Source of the DNA: Candidatus Latescibacterota bacterium
GTDB lineage: Bacteria; Latescibacterota; UBA2968; UBA8231
NCBI GenBank assembly: GCA_963422735.1
Contig: OY730476.1
Span: 960,001-1,024,000, forward strand
Direction: 5' to 3'
DNA length: 64,000 nucleotides
Positions 19,056 to 28,359 of this stretch are shown piece after piece. The translations under genes were made by a program, and so were the position numbers. Positions within the stretch are counted from its first letter, which is position 1, and every line of letters begins with the position of its first letter. Below the pieces are notes generated by a model. That model was not told the DNA's origin and did not search any database. It saw only the letters and a program-made list of their open reading frames with translations.

Positions 19056-19871
19056 CTAGCCGTACGCGCCGTGTTCGAGGAAGCCAAGCAACCGTTTCAA
19101 CCGGGGATTTGCATTTTCGTACACATGCGGCGGCATTTGGTAATTCATAAACGGGTAGTACTTGTGCCCGACAATCCGGCGCGCATACGTCACCTGAGTG
19201 ATGTACCGCGTGCGGTCGCTGCGGTTGGGTCCCCCGCGATGCCATACCTGATTGTTGAACATGACGACGCTTCCGGCCGGGGCGCTGTTGTGGACGATTT
19301 TCTCCTCCCACTCGAAGCCCTCGATTTCGCTCGGCGGTCTGCCGAGCAGGTGCGTTCCCGGAATCACTTCCGTCCCCCCGTGAGCCGGTGTATCCACATC
19401 GGTCAAATAGTAATTGGCCGTGAAGAACAACACCGGAAGGTGGACATTCGGCGGCGGCTTACCGTCTGTGACGACGTAGTGCGGAGCGTCGTCCTGGTGC
19501 CACGTCGAGATGCCACCACCCGGAGGGGTCTTGAACGAGTTGTTGTGAATCACGTGGCAGTTCGGCGCCACAAGCGCCTCGGCAAAGCTAGCGATCGGTT
19601 CGAGATCGAACAGGCGCAGGTTCGCCGCGCTCGTCTCGAATAGCCGATGCGCGAGTTTCGTGCGCTCGCTGATGCTGTTCAGTCCATTCGCATTGTCGGC
19701 AAGCACTCGATCCAAATCGGCTCGCAATGGCGCACACCAGTCTGGCGGCAGGACGTTTTCAACGAGAAGGTACCCATCGCGATGAAACTCCTCGACCCAC
19801 TGGGCGATCTGTTCGGCAGATTGTTTGACTCCGGCGAGGGGCAGTTGTTTTGGCATGTATGGCAATCCCAT
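19056..19871 (-). CDS. PhyH family dioxygenase
   Basis: FHRDGY, WHQDD, YYLTD, IPGTH and VWHRGGPNRSDRTR motifs. Confidence 0.9.
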   Translation of the reverse strand: MGLPYMPKQLPLAGVKQSAEQIAQWVEEFHRDGYLLVENVLPPDWCAPLRADLDRVLADNANGLNSISERTKLAHRLFETSAANLRLFDLEPIASFAEALVAPNCHVIHNNSFKTPPGGGISTWHQDDAPHYVVTDGKPPPNVHLPVLFFTANYYLTDVDTPAHGGTEVIPGTHLLGRPPSEIEGFEWEEKIVHNSAPAGSVVMFNNQVWHRGGPNRSDRTRYITQVTYARRIVGHKYYPFMNYQMPPHVYENANPRLKRLLGFLEHGAYG

Positions 19872-19897
19872 ATTTTGCGTGCAAGGTCAGCGAAGAA

Positions 19898-20253
19898 TCG
19901 AATCGGAATTTCCTAGTGTACGGTTGGGGATTCCGGTTTCATGTAGGCGGTATCACTCGGCTGTCCCGTAGCCCTCGTCCGGACCAGCGCGGCCCCCCGC
20001 GTCGATGTTCCGGGCCAGTCGCCGGGTACCCGCCGCCAAGGGGGCGGATGGAACTAACCACTGATCACTGACCACTGATCACTGACCACTGATCACTGAC
20101 CACTGATCACTGACCACTGATCACTGACCACTGATCACTGACCACTGATCACTGACCACTGATCACTGACCACTGATCACTGACCACTGACCACTGACCA
20201 CTGATCACTGACCACTGATTAAACAGTCCTTATTCTAGGAAAGTCCGAATCGA
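19898..20253. repeat. 19-bp imperfect inverted repeat pair (19898-19916 and 20235-20253)
   Basis: TCGAATCGGAATTTCCTAG and CTAGGAAAGTCCGAATCGA are 17/19 complementary. Confidence 0.8.
20054..20221. repeat. Heptamer tandem array, 24 units, mostly alternating CTGATCA/CTGACCA
   Basis: Read directly from the sequence; 14-bp higher-order period with one CTGACCA x3 break. Confidence 0.97.
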
Positions 20254-20339
20254 ATTAGCGCACCGTGAAGACCATGCCTTTCTTTAAGTGTATATAGCCA
20301 AAATCTGCTGCGGTAGCCACCTAGTCCAAAGGAGACGCC

Positions 20340-21287
20340 ATGTATATTCAAGACCAACTCCCCCACGACCGCATTACCGACGACAACCTGAGCTACTACA
20401 AGGCCATTGGCGTCGATTACCTGACCGTCAACTCCCTCCCCCTCGGCCTGCACACCTACCCCGAGATGGTCGAGTACTTGAGCGGCGTACGCGCCCGCGC
20501 CGAAAAAAACGGCCTCCGCTTTTACAACGCCGCTCTGAGCGGCCCGGACGCAATCACCCTCGCGCAACAAGACCGCGACGCCAAAATAGAGGAGTGGTGC
20601 AACTGGCTCCAGGCCATGGGCACCGTCGGCGTCCCGACCCTCGGCTACAATTTCAAACCCGTGGGCAACTTCCGCACCCCCTCGGACACCGGCCGCGGCG
20701 GCGCTCACTACAGCACCTTTATCTACGCAGAATACGAAAAAGAGAACCCCGATTATCCAGAAAAGCACATCGACGAGGACGCGATGTGGGCCAATATATC
20801 CTACTTCCACCAGCACATCGTCCCGGTCGCCGAAGAAGCCGGCGTCACCTTGGCCCTACACCCAGACGATCCCCCACTGCCCGAGCCGATGGGCGGCGCA
20901 GCGCGGATTGTCTCTACCCTCGACCAATACGAGCGCATCTTCGCCCTCAACCCCAGCCCGCAAAACGCCATGCTGTTTTGTCAAGGTTGCGTCACCGAAA
21001 TGGGCATTGACGTGTACGAGGCCATCCGCCGCATGGGCTGCCGAGGCAAAATCGCCTACGTACACTTCCGCAACGTGCGCGGTACGCCAAAGGATTTCAG
21101 GGAGGTCTTCGCCGACGAGGGCGACGTCGATATGTACCGGGCAATGCAGACCTACAAAGAGGTGGGCTTTAACGGGCCGTTTATGATGGATCACACCCCG
21201 TCCATCCCCGGCGACCAAGACCAGCGTCAGGGCCACGCCTATGCCACCGGCTTTATCCGCGCCATGATTCAGGCCGTCTATCGCTGA
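20340..21287 (+). CDS. uxuA: Mannonate dehydratase (UxuA) family
   Basis: GYNF, PVAEEAGVTLALHPDDPP, FCQG, VHFRNVRG, EGDVDM and MDHTP motifs. Confidence 0.8.
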   Translation: MYIQDQLPHDRITDDNLSYYKAIGVDYLTVNSLPLGLHTYPEMVEYLSGVRARAEKNGLRFYNAALSGPDAITLAQQDRDAKIEEWCNWLQAMGTVGVPTLGYNFKPVGNFRTPSDTGRGGAHYSTFIYAEYEKENPDYPEKHIDEDAMWANISYFHQHIVPVAEEAGVTLALHPDDPPLPEPMGGAARIVSTLDQYERIFALNPSPQNAMLFCQGCVTEMGIDVYEAIRRMGCRGKIAYVHFRNVRGTPKDFREVFADEGDVDMYRAMQTYKEVGFNGPFMMDHTPSIPGDQDQRQGHAYATGFIRAMIQAVYR

Positions 21288-21353
21288 CCTCAGCCAAAAG
21301 CGATTTGCCGCAATGCCTACAGGGCCGTTTCCTCGCCAGCGCGGTCGGGGTCT

Positions 21354-21688
21354 CATTGAGGGCCAGCAATCCGGGCGATGAAGCGATGGACTACGGGGCG
21401 TTCCTGTTCAATCTCGTATTCTTCACATATCATTGTGGAAGTCTTCTGCCGCCAAAAATCCGGCGAGAATGAGCGGGTCGTTATACTCCTGCTCCAGCCG
21501 AAAAATGGCGTTTTTCATAGCGCGGAGCTGCGGTATTGCCAGTTCCGCTGTTGGGCGATGGCGGTTGCGATATGTACGGCAGCCTCATAGAGCTTTTCCG
21601 AAGCCTGTAAGCACTCGTCGGCGGCAGATTCCCGATCAGAGGCATCCAGAAATTCCACGGCGGGCTGAGTGTGCTCTTGGGTGGTCAT
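21354..21688 (-). pseudogene. PaREP1/HEPN-like protein, frameshifted
   Basis: FLDASDRE...LQASEKLYEAA...RNWQYRS, then in other frames AMKNAIFRL..GFLAAEDFH and RPVVHRFIAR. Confidence 0.65.
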
Positions 21689-21749
21689 TTCTCTGGCGTT
21701 CATAGTTTTTAGGCTTTTCAATACTCACCAACAATTCGATTTACTTCTA

Positions 21750-21810
21750 AGTTCCTGTCTAGCTGCGGAGGCACTTTTCGGATGGTGTATTGAGTCGATT
21801 TCTCTGTCAT
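21750..21810 (-). pseudogene. Truncated ribbon-helix-helix antitoxin-like fragment
   Basis: MTEKSTQYTIRKVPPQLDR resembles an RHH N-terminus. Confidence 0.4.
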
Positions 21811-21917
21811 GCCGGCAATATAGACAGCGTGTACAGGCACATCAATCTCCGGCGATAATCGCCGATCGAGCCAAAATGGCGAAACATTACCTGAAGGGAG
21901 CACCAACTGAGCCAAAC

Positions 21918-23054
21918 ATGACAACAGTAGCTCAAACTCAAATCACAGCCCATGGCGAACGTTGGCTAATCAACGGCCAAACCACGTACAAAGGGCGGCA
22001 GTACCGCAATTGGGATATTGAGGGTTTGTTGATGAACAGCCGCATGACAAATGCGGTGTTCGATGACGAAAATCCTGTGACGCGGCAACTTTGGTCAGAC
22101 ACAGGCGAATGGGACGCTGACCGAAACACAGATGAGTTCATCGCTCAGCTACCAACGTATCGGGCGCACGGGTTGTTGGCGGTGACGGTTAATCTGCAGG
22201 GCGGGAGCCCTACAGGGTACTACCGCGAGGAGAGTTTCCGACAAATCATGGCCGCTCGACGCATAGATGCTAGCGACGATGTGGTGTGGGCCGGCCTGCC
22301 AAGCTCAGCTTCCCAGCCTTGGCACAACTCGGCTTTTGCGCCCGACGGTTCGCTAAAACCTGCATATATGAAACGAACCGCACGCATCGCATCGGCGTGT
22401 GCCGAATTGGGGATGGTGGTGATCCTCGGATATTTCTACTTTGGGCAAGACGAGCGTTTAATGGACGAGGAGGCGGTGTGTCGTGCGGTGGATGAGGCCA
22501 CGAAGTGGGTTTTGGAATCCGGTTACCGCAATGTGTTGATCGAGGTCAATAACGAGACGAATGTTCCTCGTTACGAGCACGAGATACTACAACCGCATCG
22601 CGTGGCTGAATTAATCGAACGGGCGCATTCCCACGAATTGGATGGGCGACGATTGTTGGTGGGCACTTCGTATGGTGGTGGCCGGGTGCCGGACGACGAT
22701 GTGGCGGCGGCGGCGGACTATATCATGCTGCATGGCAACGGCGTTGCAGAACCTGTGCGCATCGCTGAGATGGTTGCACAAACCCGCGCCTTGCCGAATT
22801 ATACCCCGAAACCCATTCTCTTCACCGAGGACGATCACTTCGAATTCGACAAGCCCGACAACAACTTTCTTGCTGCGTTGTCGGCCTATGCGTCGTGGGG
22901 ATACTTCGATCCCGGTGACGCGGCTGGCGGTTGGTCAACCTTCGGCGATTACCGCAATGGATATCAGAATATCCCGGTCAACTGGGGCATCAACACAGAT
23001 CGCAAGCGCAGTTACTTCGAGTTGCTAGCCCAGGTTACTGGATCAACAGGTTAA
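21918..23054 (+). CDS. Putative TIM-barrel glycoside hydrolase (clan GH-A-like)
   Basis: LIEVNNE acid/base-like motif, PILFTED, ASWGYFD. The ORF is clear; the function is tentative. Confidence 0.6.
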   Translation: MTTVAQTQITAHGERWLINGQTTYKGRQYRNWDIEGLLMNSRMTNAVFDDENPVTRQLWSDTGEWDADRNTDEFIAQLPTYRAHGLLAVTVNLQGGSPTGYYREESFRQIMAARRIDASDDVVWAGLPSSASQPWHNSAFAPDGSLKPAYMKRTARIASACAELGMVVILGYFYFGQDERLMDEEAVCRAVDEATKWVLESGYRNVLIEVNNETNVPRYEHEILQPHRVAELIERAHSHELDGRRLLVGTSYGGGRVPDDDVAAAADYIMLHGNGVAEPVRIAEMVAQTRALPNYTPKPILFTEDDHFEFDKPDNNFLAALSAYASWGYFDPGDAAGGWSTFGDYRNGYQNIPVNWGINTDRKRSYFELLAQVTGSTG

Positions 23055-23112
23055 GGCGAGTTCAAGATGGGCCGATCCGCGCCATGATCTAGGCTGTCGT
23101 CTATCGCCAATC

Positions 23113-24282
23113 TCAGCCCGCAGCCGCCTGGATCACCTCGCCCATCTTCCGCACCTTGGCCTTGGCGTTGTTCGGATGCATGGGTACCAAGACGGTGCGT
23201 GCCAAAACGTCGAGCGAGTCTTGGCACGTATCCAGCTTGTATTTGACCCGCGCCTTGCGATTGGCCGGCAGCTTAAAGGGATTGAGCGCCGGATGGTGCG
23301 CGCCTTGATAGCGCAAAATAGGCTCCCAGCGCGTATAGACGTGGCGGCCGGTATCCATGGGCAAAAAGGAGCGCACATCTTTTGCAGCCAATCGGTTGCA
23401 AAAGGAGCGCGCCTCATCCTCGGTGGCAAACAAAAAGCCCAAGTGCGTACCGCACTCGTAGTCCAAGCTGTTGTTTTTTATAGACTCCAACCCCGCCTCC
23501 AGCCCGACCTGTAGCAACTCCTGCTTGTGGGCGCGCATGGTCTTGAGCATCCCCCGGATCCGCCGCAATTGCACGTTGAGTATCGCCCCCTCGACTTCAG
23601 AAGCCCTGAAGTTAGGGCCAGCAAATTGCAACTCTTCGCGCTCTTCGTCCGGGTTCCAGTAAAAGGAGCAGCAGTCCACTGCCACCGAGCCGCGCTGATG
23701 TACCGCTTCGGCATGGGTTACAAAAGCCCCGCCCTCGCCGCAGGTCATGTTCTTAAAAAAGTTGAAACTAAACGCGCCGGCGTGGCCCCAACTGCCGAGC
23801 ATCCGGCCCTCGTAGCCGCCGCCCACCGCCTGACAGGCGTCTTCGAGAACGAGCAAGTCGCGTTTGCGGGCGATCTTGGCAATTCGCTTCATGTCGCAGG
23901 GTAGGCCGACCATGTGGACCGGAATAATCGCCTTAGTGTGTTTGGTAATTCGTCGCTTTAAATCCTTGGGGCACAGTGTTAAGGAGTCATCTACATCGGC
24001 GATTACTGGAATGGCTCCGGCCCCCAACACCGCCAAGGCGGTCGCCATGTAGGTATAGGCGGGCACAATCACCTGATCCCCCGGCCCCACGCCCAATCCC
24101 ACCAGTGCCGCGTACAGTGCCGAGGTCCCCGAGCGAGTCATCCGACAGTGCTCCACGCCCACGTAGCGCGCCCAGTTCCTTTCAAAGCGGTCGCACTCCC
24201 CACCCGATCCATAGCGGAAAATGGCGCCGCTGTCGAATAGCCGCTGTAGCTGCTTGATTTCTGCTTGGCCAATGCGATACAT
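23113..24282 (-). CDS. DegT/DnrJ/EryC1/StrS PLP aminotransferase
   Basis: SGTSAL, PVHMVG, EDACQA and FSFNFFKNMTCGEGG motifs; AAGGAG RBS before ATG at 24282. Confidence 0.92.
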   Translation of the reverse strand: MYRIGQAEIKQLQRLFDSGAIFRYGSGGECDRFERNWARYVGVEHCRMTRSGTSALYAALVGLGVGPGDQVIVPAYTYMATALAVLGAGAIPVIADVDDSLTLCPKDLKRRITKHTKAIIPVHMVGLPCDMKRIAKIARKRDLLVLEDACQAVGGGYEGRMLGSWGHAGAFSFNFFKNMTCGEGGAFVTHAEAVHQRGSVAVDCCSFYWNPDEEREELQFAGPNFRASEVEGAILNVQLRRIRGMLKTMRAHKQELLQVGLEAGLESIKNNSLDYECGTHLGFLFATEDEARSFCNRLAAKDVRSFLPMDTGRHVYTRWEPILRYQGAHHPALNPFKLPANRKARVKYKLDTCQDSLDVLARTVLVPMHPNNAKAKVRKMGEVIQAAAG

Positions 24283-24293
24283 GATGCGCTCCT

Positions 24294-26033
24294 TTAGACA
24301 AGTTCCAGCTCGACCCAGCGCCGAACTGAATTGATGAGATAGAGGGCGTCGGCCCGCGCCAATTCGCCGATGGGCAACGGGCGTTCGTGGAGTTGGCCCT
24401 GCGCTACAAGCTCGGCGCGGAACGTGCCGGCCAACAGCCCGGATTCGACCGGGGGCGTCCAGCAGACGCCGTCGCGGGCCAGCACCAAGTTGCCAATGCA
24501 GCACTCGGTCAGCTCGCCGCGTTCGTTGTATAGCACCACGTCGTCGCAATCCGGACGGGCCTCCAACTGCTTGTCGTACAGGGCCCGGTGAGTCGTCTTG
24601 TGGTACAGCAAGGGGTCGGTGCTGTCCACCGGCTCGGCGGCCAGAGCCACCCGCAACCGCCGCGGTGGCGCGAGCACTTGGTGCTGCAAGCGGATCGCGC
24701 CGTTGCGGGCCAGCACCAAACGCACCCTGCACTGGCCCTCCATCGCGCTGGCTGCGTCTTGCAACGGCGCACGCACGCGGTCGTCCGCGTAGCAAAACCC
24801 CCAGTACGCCGCCGACTGAGACAATCGCTCTAAGTGCCTCTCTAACAGGAAATAATTCCCTTCTTCGTACAACAGCGTCTCCAACAGCTCAAAAGACGGA
24901 TGCGGCCGGGTGCGCAAGACCTCGGCCTTGATTAGACACTCGGCGTATTCTTCCGCAGCCGATGATGCCCAGACGATCCCGCCGCCGACGCCAAATTCGA
25001 GCTGTGCCCGCTCGCGGTCGAGATGCGCCGTGCGAATCGCCACGTTGAAGCACGCCTCCAGCCCAGGCGACACATAGCCCATGCAGCCGGTGTAAATGCC
25101 GCGCGGGACGCGCTCCAACTCGGCGATGATTTCCATGGTCTGCACCTTGGGTGCGCCAGTGACCGAGCCGCAGGGGAAAAGCGCGGCAAAGATGTCGGGC
25201 AAACCCACGCCGGCTTTGAGTTGGCTTTCCACGGTGGAGGTTAGCTGCCACACCGTGGGATAGCGCTCGACCGACCACAGGGCCGGGACCGCCACGCTGC
25301 CTATTTGCGAGATGCGCCCCAAGTCGTTGCGCAACATATCCGTCACCATCAGGTTTTCAGCGCGGTCCTTGGCGGAATTTTGCAGCTCGTCGGCCCGCTG
25401 CTGATCCTCGGCCGCAAAGCGGCCCCGCGGCCGGGTTCCCTTCATGGGCCGCACCGTGCAACGCCCGTCGCGCAAGCGGAAGAACAGCTCGGGCGACGCC
25501 GAGATCAGCACATGTCGGCCTAAGTCGAAGTACGCGCACAACGCCGACTCCTGCCCCGGCCCCATATCGCGGTACAGGGCCTGCGGATCGCCCCGGAAGC
25601 GGCTGTGCAACCGCAAGGTGTAGTTGACTTGATACGTGTCGCCGGCCGCAATATAGGCGCGAATGTACTCGATGGCAGCTTCGTATTCCTCCCGCGACAC
25701 CGACGGCCGCCACTCGTCCAACTTGTAGGTGCCCAAGCCAGCGCTAGGCGCGGCCGCCGGCGTCCGCTTCTCAAAGAGGCCAAAGTAAACCAAGGGGAGC
25801 GCACCAGCGGGACGGGTCGTAAAAGCCGGGTCCAGACCGGCAGCAGCCTCGTAGCAAACAAATCCCGCGGCGTGCAGCCCTTGGGCCACCGCTCGCTCCA
25901 CCGCGCAGAGAGCCGGACCCACCTCGGCCGCCGCTGCGGCCACCACCTCCCCCACCGGATCGGCAAACGCAAAGGAGCGCTCCTGCCCGCAGCGGGCATA
26001 AGACGACAGCAGCACTGGACTTTCTATAGCCAT
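24294..26033 (-). CDS. pabB: Aminodeoxychorismate synthase component I fused to an ADC lyase (class IV) domain
   Basis: GDTYQVNYT, SPELFF, PMKGT, AENLMV.D and FPCGSVTGAPK; C-terminal LLETL..HLERL, HKTT and GLLAGTFR. Confidence 0.9.
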   Translation of the reverse strand: MAIESPVLLSSYARCGQERSFAFADPVGEVVAAAAAEVGPALCAVERAVAQGLHAAGFVCYEAAAGLDPAFTTRPAGALPLVYFGLFEKRTPAAAPSAGLGTYKLDEWRPSVSREEYEAAIEYIRAYIAAGDTYQVNYTLRLHSRFRGDPQALYRDMGPGQESALCAYFDLGRHVLISASPELFFRLRDGRCTVRPMKGTRPRGRFAAEDQQRADELQNSAKDRAENLMVTDMLRNDLGRISQIGSVAVPALWSVERYPTVWQLTSTVESQLKAGVGLPDIFAALFPCGSVTGAPKVQTMEIIAELERVPRGIYTGCMGYVSPGLEACFNVAIRTAHLDRERAQLEFGVGGGIVWASSAAEEYAECLIKAEVLRTRPHPSFELLETLLYEEGNYFLLERHLERLSQSAAYWGFCYADDRVRAPLQDAASAMEGQCRVRLVLARNGAIRLQHQVLAPPRRLRVALAAEPVDSTDPLLYHKTTHRALYDKQLEARPDCDDVVLYNERGELTECCIGNLVLARDGVCWTPPVESGLLAGTFRAELVAQGQLHERPLPIGELARADALYLINSVRRWVELELV

Positions 26034-26124
26034 GTCTTTAAAAAATAAAAAAGAACCTTTAGAGTGCCCCCAACGACGCCGGTCGCATAGTCCCCAAGGC
26101 GACCGCTTTAAGACGCCAATACCC

Positions 26125-26934
26125 TTAGCCTGCCGCCTCGCCGGGCTGGTACTCAATGCGCCGCATAAAGCGCTCGCCCACATCGTAGTTTGGCCGGTCG
26201 GAGACAAAGCGCCACAAGCGCACGCGCTGCATCAGTTCGTAGCGATGCTCGTTGCCCTCCCAGCCGTGGTTGGTCGACAGGATGCGACCGATCTCCGGGT
26301 CGTCCAGATCCGCGGTGTCGAAGTTGCAGACCTGCGGCTGCGTCGGGTTGAGCCGCAGCTTGTACATGAAGCGATCCCGATCCGTGTAGTTGCTGCGCGC
26401 CCCGTGCCAGACGCGGGTGTTCCACACGTACATGGTTCCCGCCGGGCAGGTCGCCCAGATCTTGCCGCGCATGTGGTGGTAAATGGCGATCTCCCCGGTG
26501 CGCACATTGCGAAAATGCGTTCCCGGCACCAAGAAAGTACCGCCCATCTCGTCTGTTGTATCCGCGGGGAACAGCGATAGCTGGATATCGAAGTAATGGT
26601 CGCGGAAGTCGATGACCGAGTCTTGGTGCATATTGGGGCCTTTGGTTTGTTCGGCCTTGGTCAAGTGCGCGGCGTGGTGGTCGTACAGGGGATCGGGGCC
26701 GACCAAGGAGTGGATGAGTCCCTGTACCTGCGGCAGGCGGAACGCATCGCCCAGAGCCGTGCCTTTGGGCCAAGTCTCCTCAAAGGGGGTACCCACGGCG
26801 AGATAGCCTTGGTTGTGGTGCATTTCTTCAAGGCAGGCTCGGCACAGATCGCTAGGCACCATTTCTTCGAATTTCAAATACCCCGAGGCGACGAATTGTG
26901 CCATCTGCTTCGAGTTCAAAAGATGATCCTTCAC
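26125..26934 (-). CDS. PhyH family dioxygenase
   Basis: MHQDS, GGTFLVPGTH and VWHGARSN motifs. Confidence 0.85.
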   Translation of the reverse strand: MKDHLLNSKQMAQFVASGYLKFEEMVPSDLCRACLEEMHHNQGYLAVGTPFEETWPKGTALGDAFRLPQVQGLIHSLVGPDPLYDHHAAHLTKAEQTKGPNMHQDSVIDFRDHYFDIQLSLFPADTTDEMGGTFLVPGTHFRNVRTGEIAIYHHMRGKIWATCPAGTMYVWNTRVWHGARSNYTDRDRFMYKLRLNPTQPQVCNFDTADLDDPEIGRILSTNHGWEGNEHRYELMQRVRLWRFVSDRPNYDVGERFMRRIEYQPGEAAG

Positions 26935-27230
26935 AATGTGGCTCCTTCCTCTTTTTGCAGTTCGTTGAATTTCGACAGTACGATCTGGTAGGGCAGCGGC
27001 CCCAGTTCATAGCCCTCTTCGGGCGAGCGATGTTTGAGTTCCGACATCTGGATGACTTGCCAGCCGTCGCGCATGGCCGCCATGGCGTTCTGGTAGGGAG
27101 GATCGCTCTCCTCGCCCAAGTCGCCTAGGCCTGTGCCCTTGGAGGCTTCGTAGCGTGCCCAAGCGACGACTTGGGCGTCGAGCGCGGGCGTGGTCTGAAA
27201 AAATACTAGAATGTCTTGCACTGCGGACAT
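26931..27230 (-). CDS. Small hypothetical protein coupled to the PhyH gene
   Basis: 99-aa ORF (PALD..VVAW, PPY..AMAAMRDGWQVIQ); stop overlaps the PhyH GTG. Confidence 0.75.
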   Translation of the reverse strand: MSAVQDILVFFQTTPALDAQVVAWARYEASKGTGLGDLGEESDPPYQNAMAAMRDGWQVIQMSELKHRSPEEGYELGPLPYQIVLSKFNELQKEEGATL

Positions 27231-27371
27231 GAAAAAGCCTTCCGGTGGTATTGGGTTGAGATTGCCGAGCGGTATTTCATCTTAAAATATAGAAACGACA
27301 GACTTGTTCCCAATCGGGACATACGTTACGTATAATCAGAAAGGTTCAACCCTTTTACAAGAAGGATCGTT

Positions 27372-27846
27372 ATGTTATTAGTCGTAATTATCCTTTCTAT
27401 TGCCGTCTCCTATGTCCCATCAGGAGCACACGGCGATTACATAGGCCCCAAATTACACGTATGACTTCTTGGGATGCTGCGGGCTGTCTCGGGCTTCGTT
27501 GGAGATCACGACAAAGGCGCGGTATAACTACGAAAATCCAAATCCTCAAGGTGTCCAAGCCCAAGAACAGGCTCCGGGCAAGCACTGGCATGTATCCATC
27601 TCGACGGATTGCGTTGACAGGAACCACTTGGCCTACCGGAGCAGTTGCGACGGAACAGAAACAGTTTGTGAGGATGAGTGGGTATTGCAAAAGCCTTATT
27701 ATGCCGAGTGTCCGCTTAGGAACGCCCAATGCAACGCTAGGGCCGGAAACCGATATAAGAATGTGACGTGGAAGATAATAGGGTGGAGCGTCTATTACTG
27801 GAGATGGGTAGAGGAAGAAGTGTGCAGAGAAGTACCAGTCCCTTGA
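27372..27846 (+). pseudogene. Cys-rich secreted protein with a +1 frameshift near 27446-27452
   Basis: GAAGGA RBS, signal peptide MLLVVIILSIAVSYVPSGAHG, stop at 27462; the mature region continues in ORF 27469..27846. Confidence 0.6.
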
Positions 27847-27861
27847 CTTAAGCAGGTTATC

Positions 27862-28272
27862 ATGTATTGGAAGGCTTTAGGCACCGCGCTGGCTTTCTTG
27901 GCCTGTAACCAGTCTCCTACGGGGACAGGAAACGCCGTTGTCGGAACTTGGGTAACCGACGATCCTGCCGAGAGCAACTTAGAGATATGGTCTATCAAAG
28001 AAGATGGACTATTCAGCAAATTTAGCGTCTTTCAGGACGACTGCTTAATCTCCAACGGGAGATGGGAGACAAGCAATAACATCACCATATTTCCAGGTCC
28101 GAGTTTCTCCACGAGTATAAGAGGGACTTATAAGATCGAGGGCGAAAGTCTGGCGGTGATTGATATTAAGAAGAAGGAAAAGACTCTCTGGAAGCGGACC
28201 GAGGAAAGTCCTTTTGACCTAATGGCCGCGCAAGGATACTGCATGGGCGATCCAGACGAATTGATTGATTAG
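27862..28272 (+). CDS. Lipoprotein, lipocalin-like beta domain
   Basis: Lipobox FLAC; VVGTWV and GTYKIEG motifs. Confidence 0.7.
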   Translation: MYWKALGTALAFLACNQSPTGTGNAVVGTWVTDDPAESNLEIWSIKEDGLFSKFSVFQDDCLISNGRWETSNNITIFPGPSFSTSIRGTYKIEGESLAVIDIKKKEKTLWKRTEESPFDLMAAQGYCMGDPDELID

Positions 28273-28359
28273 AAAATATGCGCTGGCGCGTAATTTGCTT
28301 AGAACCGAGAGAAGCTATTTAATACCCTCAATCCTTTCCATTCTATAAGGAGGCTCACA

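Noticed and set aside
20054-20221. CRISPR array
   Set aside because: Pure 7/14-bp tandem repeat with no unique spacers and no cas genes.
24283-24795. N-terminal extensions of long ORF calls (DegT to 24795, glnE to 46866, ftsA to 51048, phosphodiesterase to 16806)
   Set aside because: They overlap upstream genes in another frame; homology and RBS point to later starts, so these are not fusions.
24294-26033. PabB-PabC fusion as a novelty
   Set aside because: This architecture is common in bacteria.
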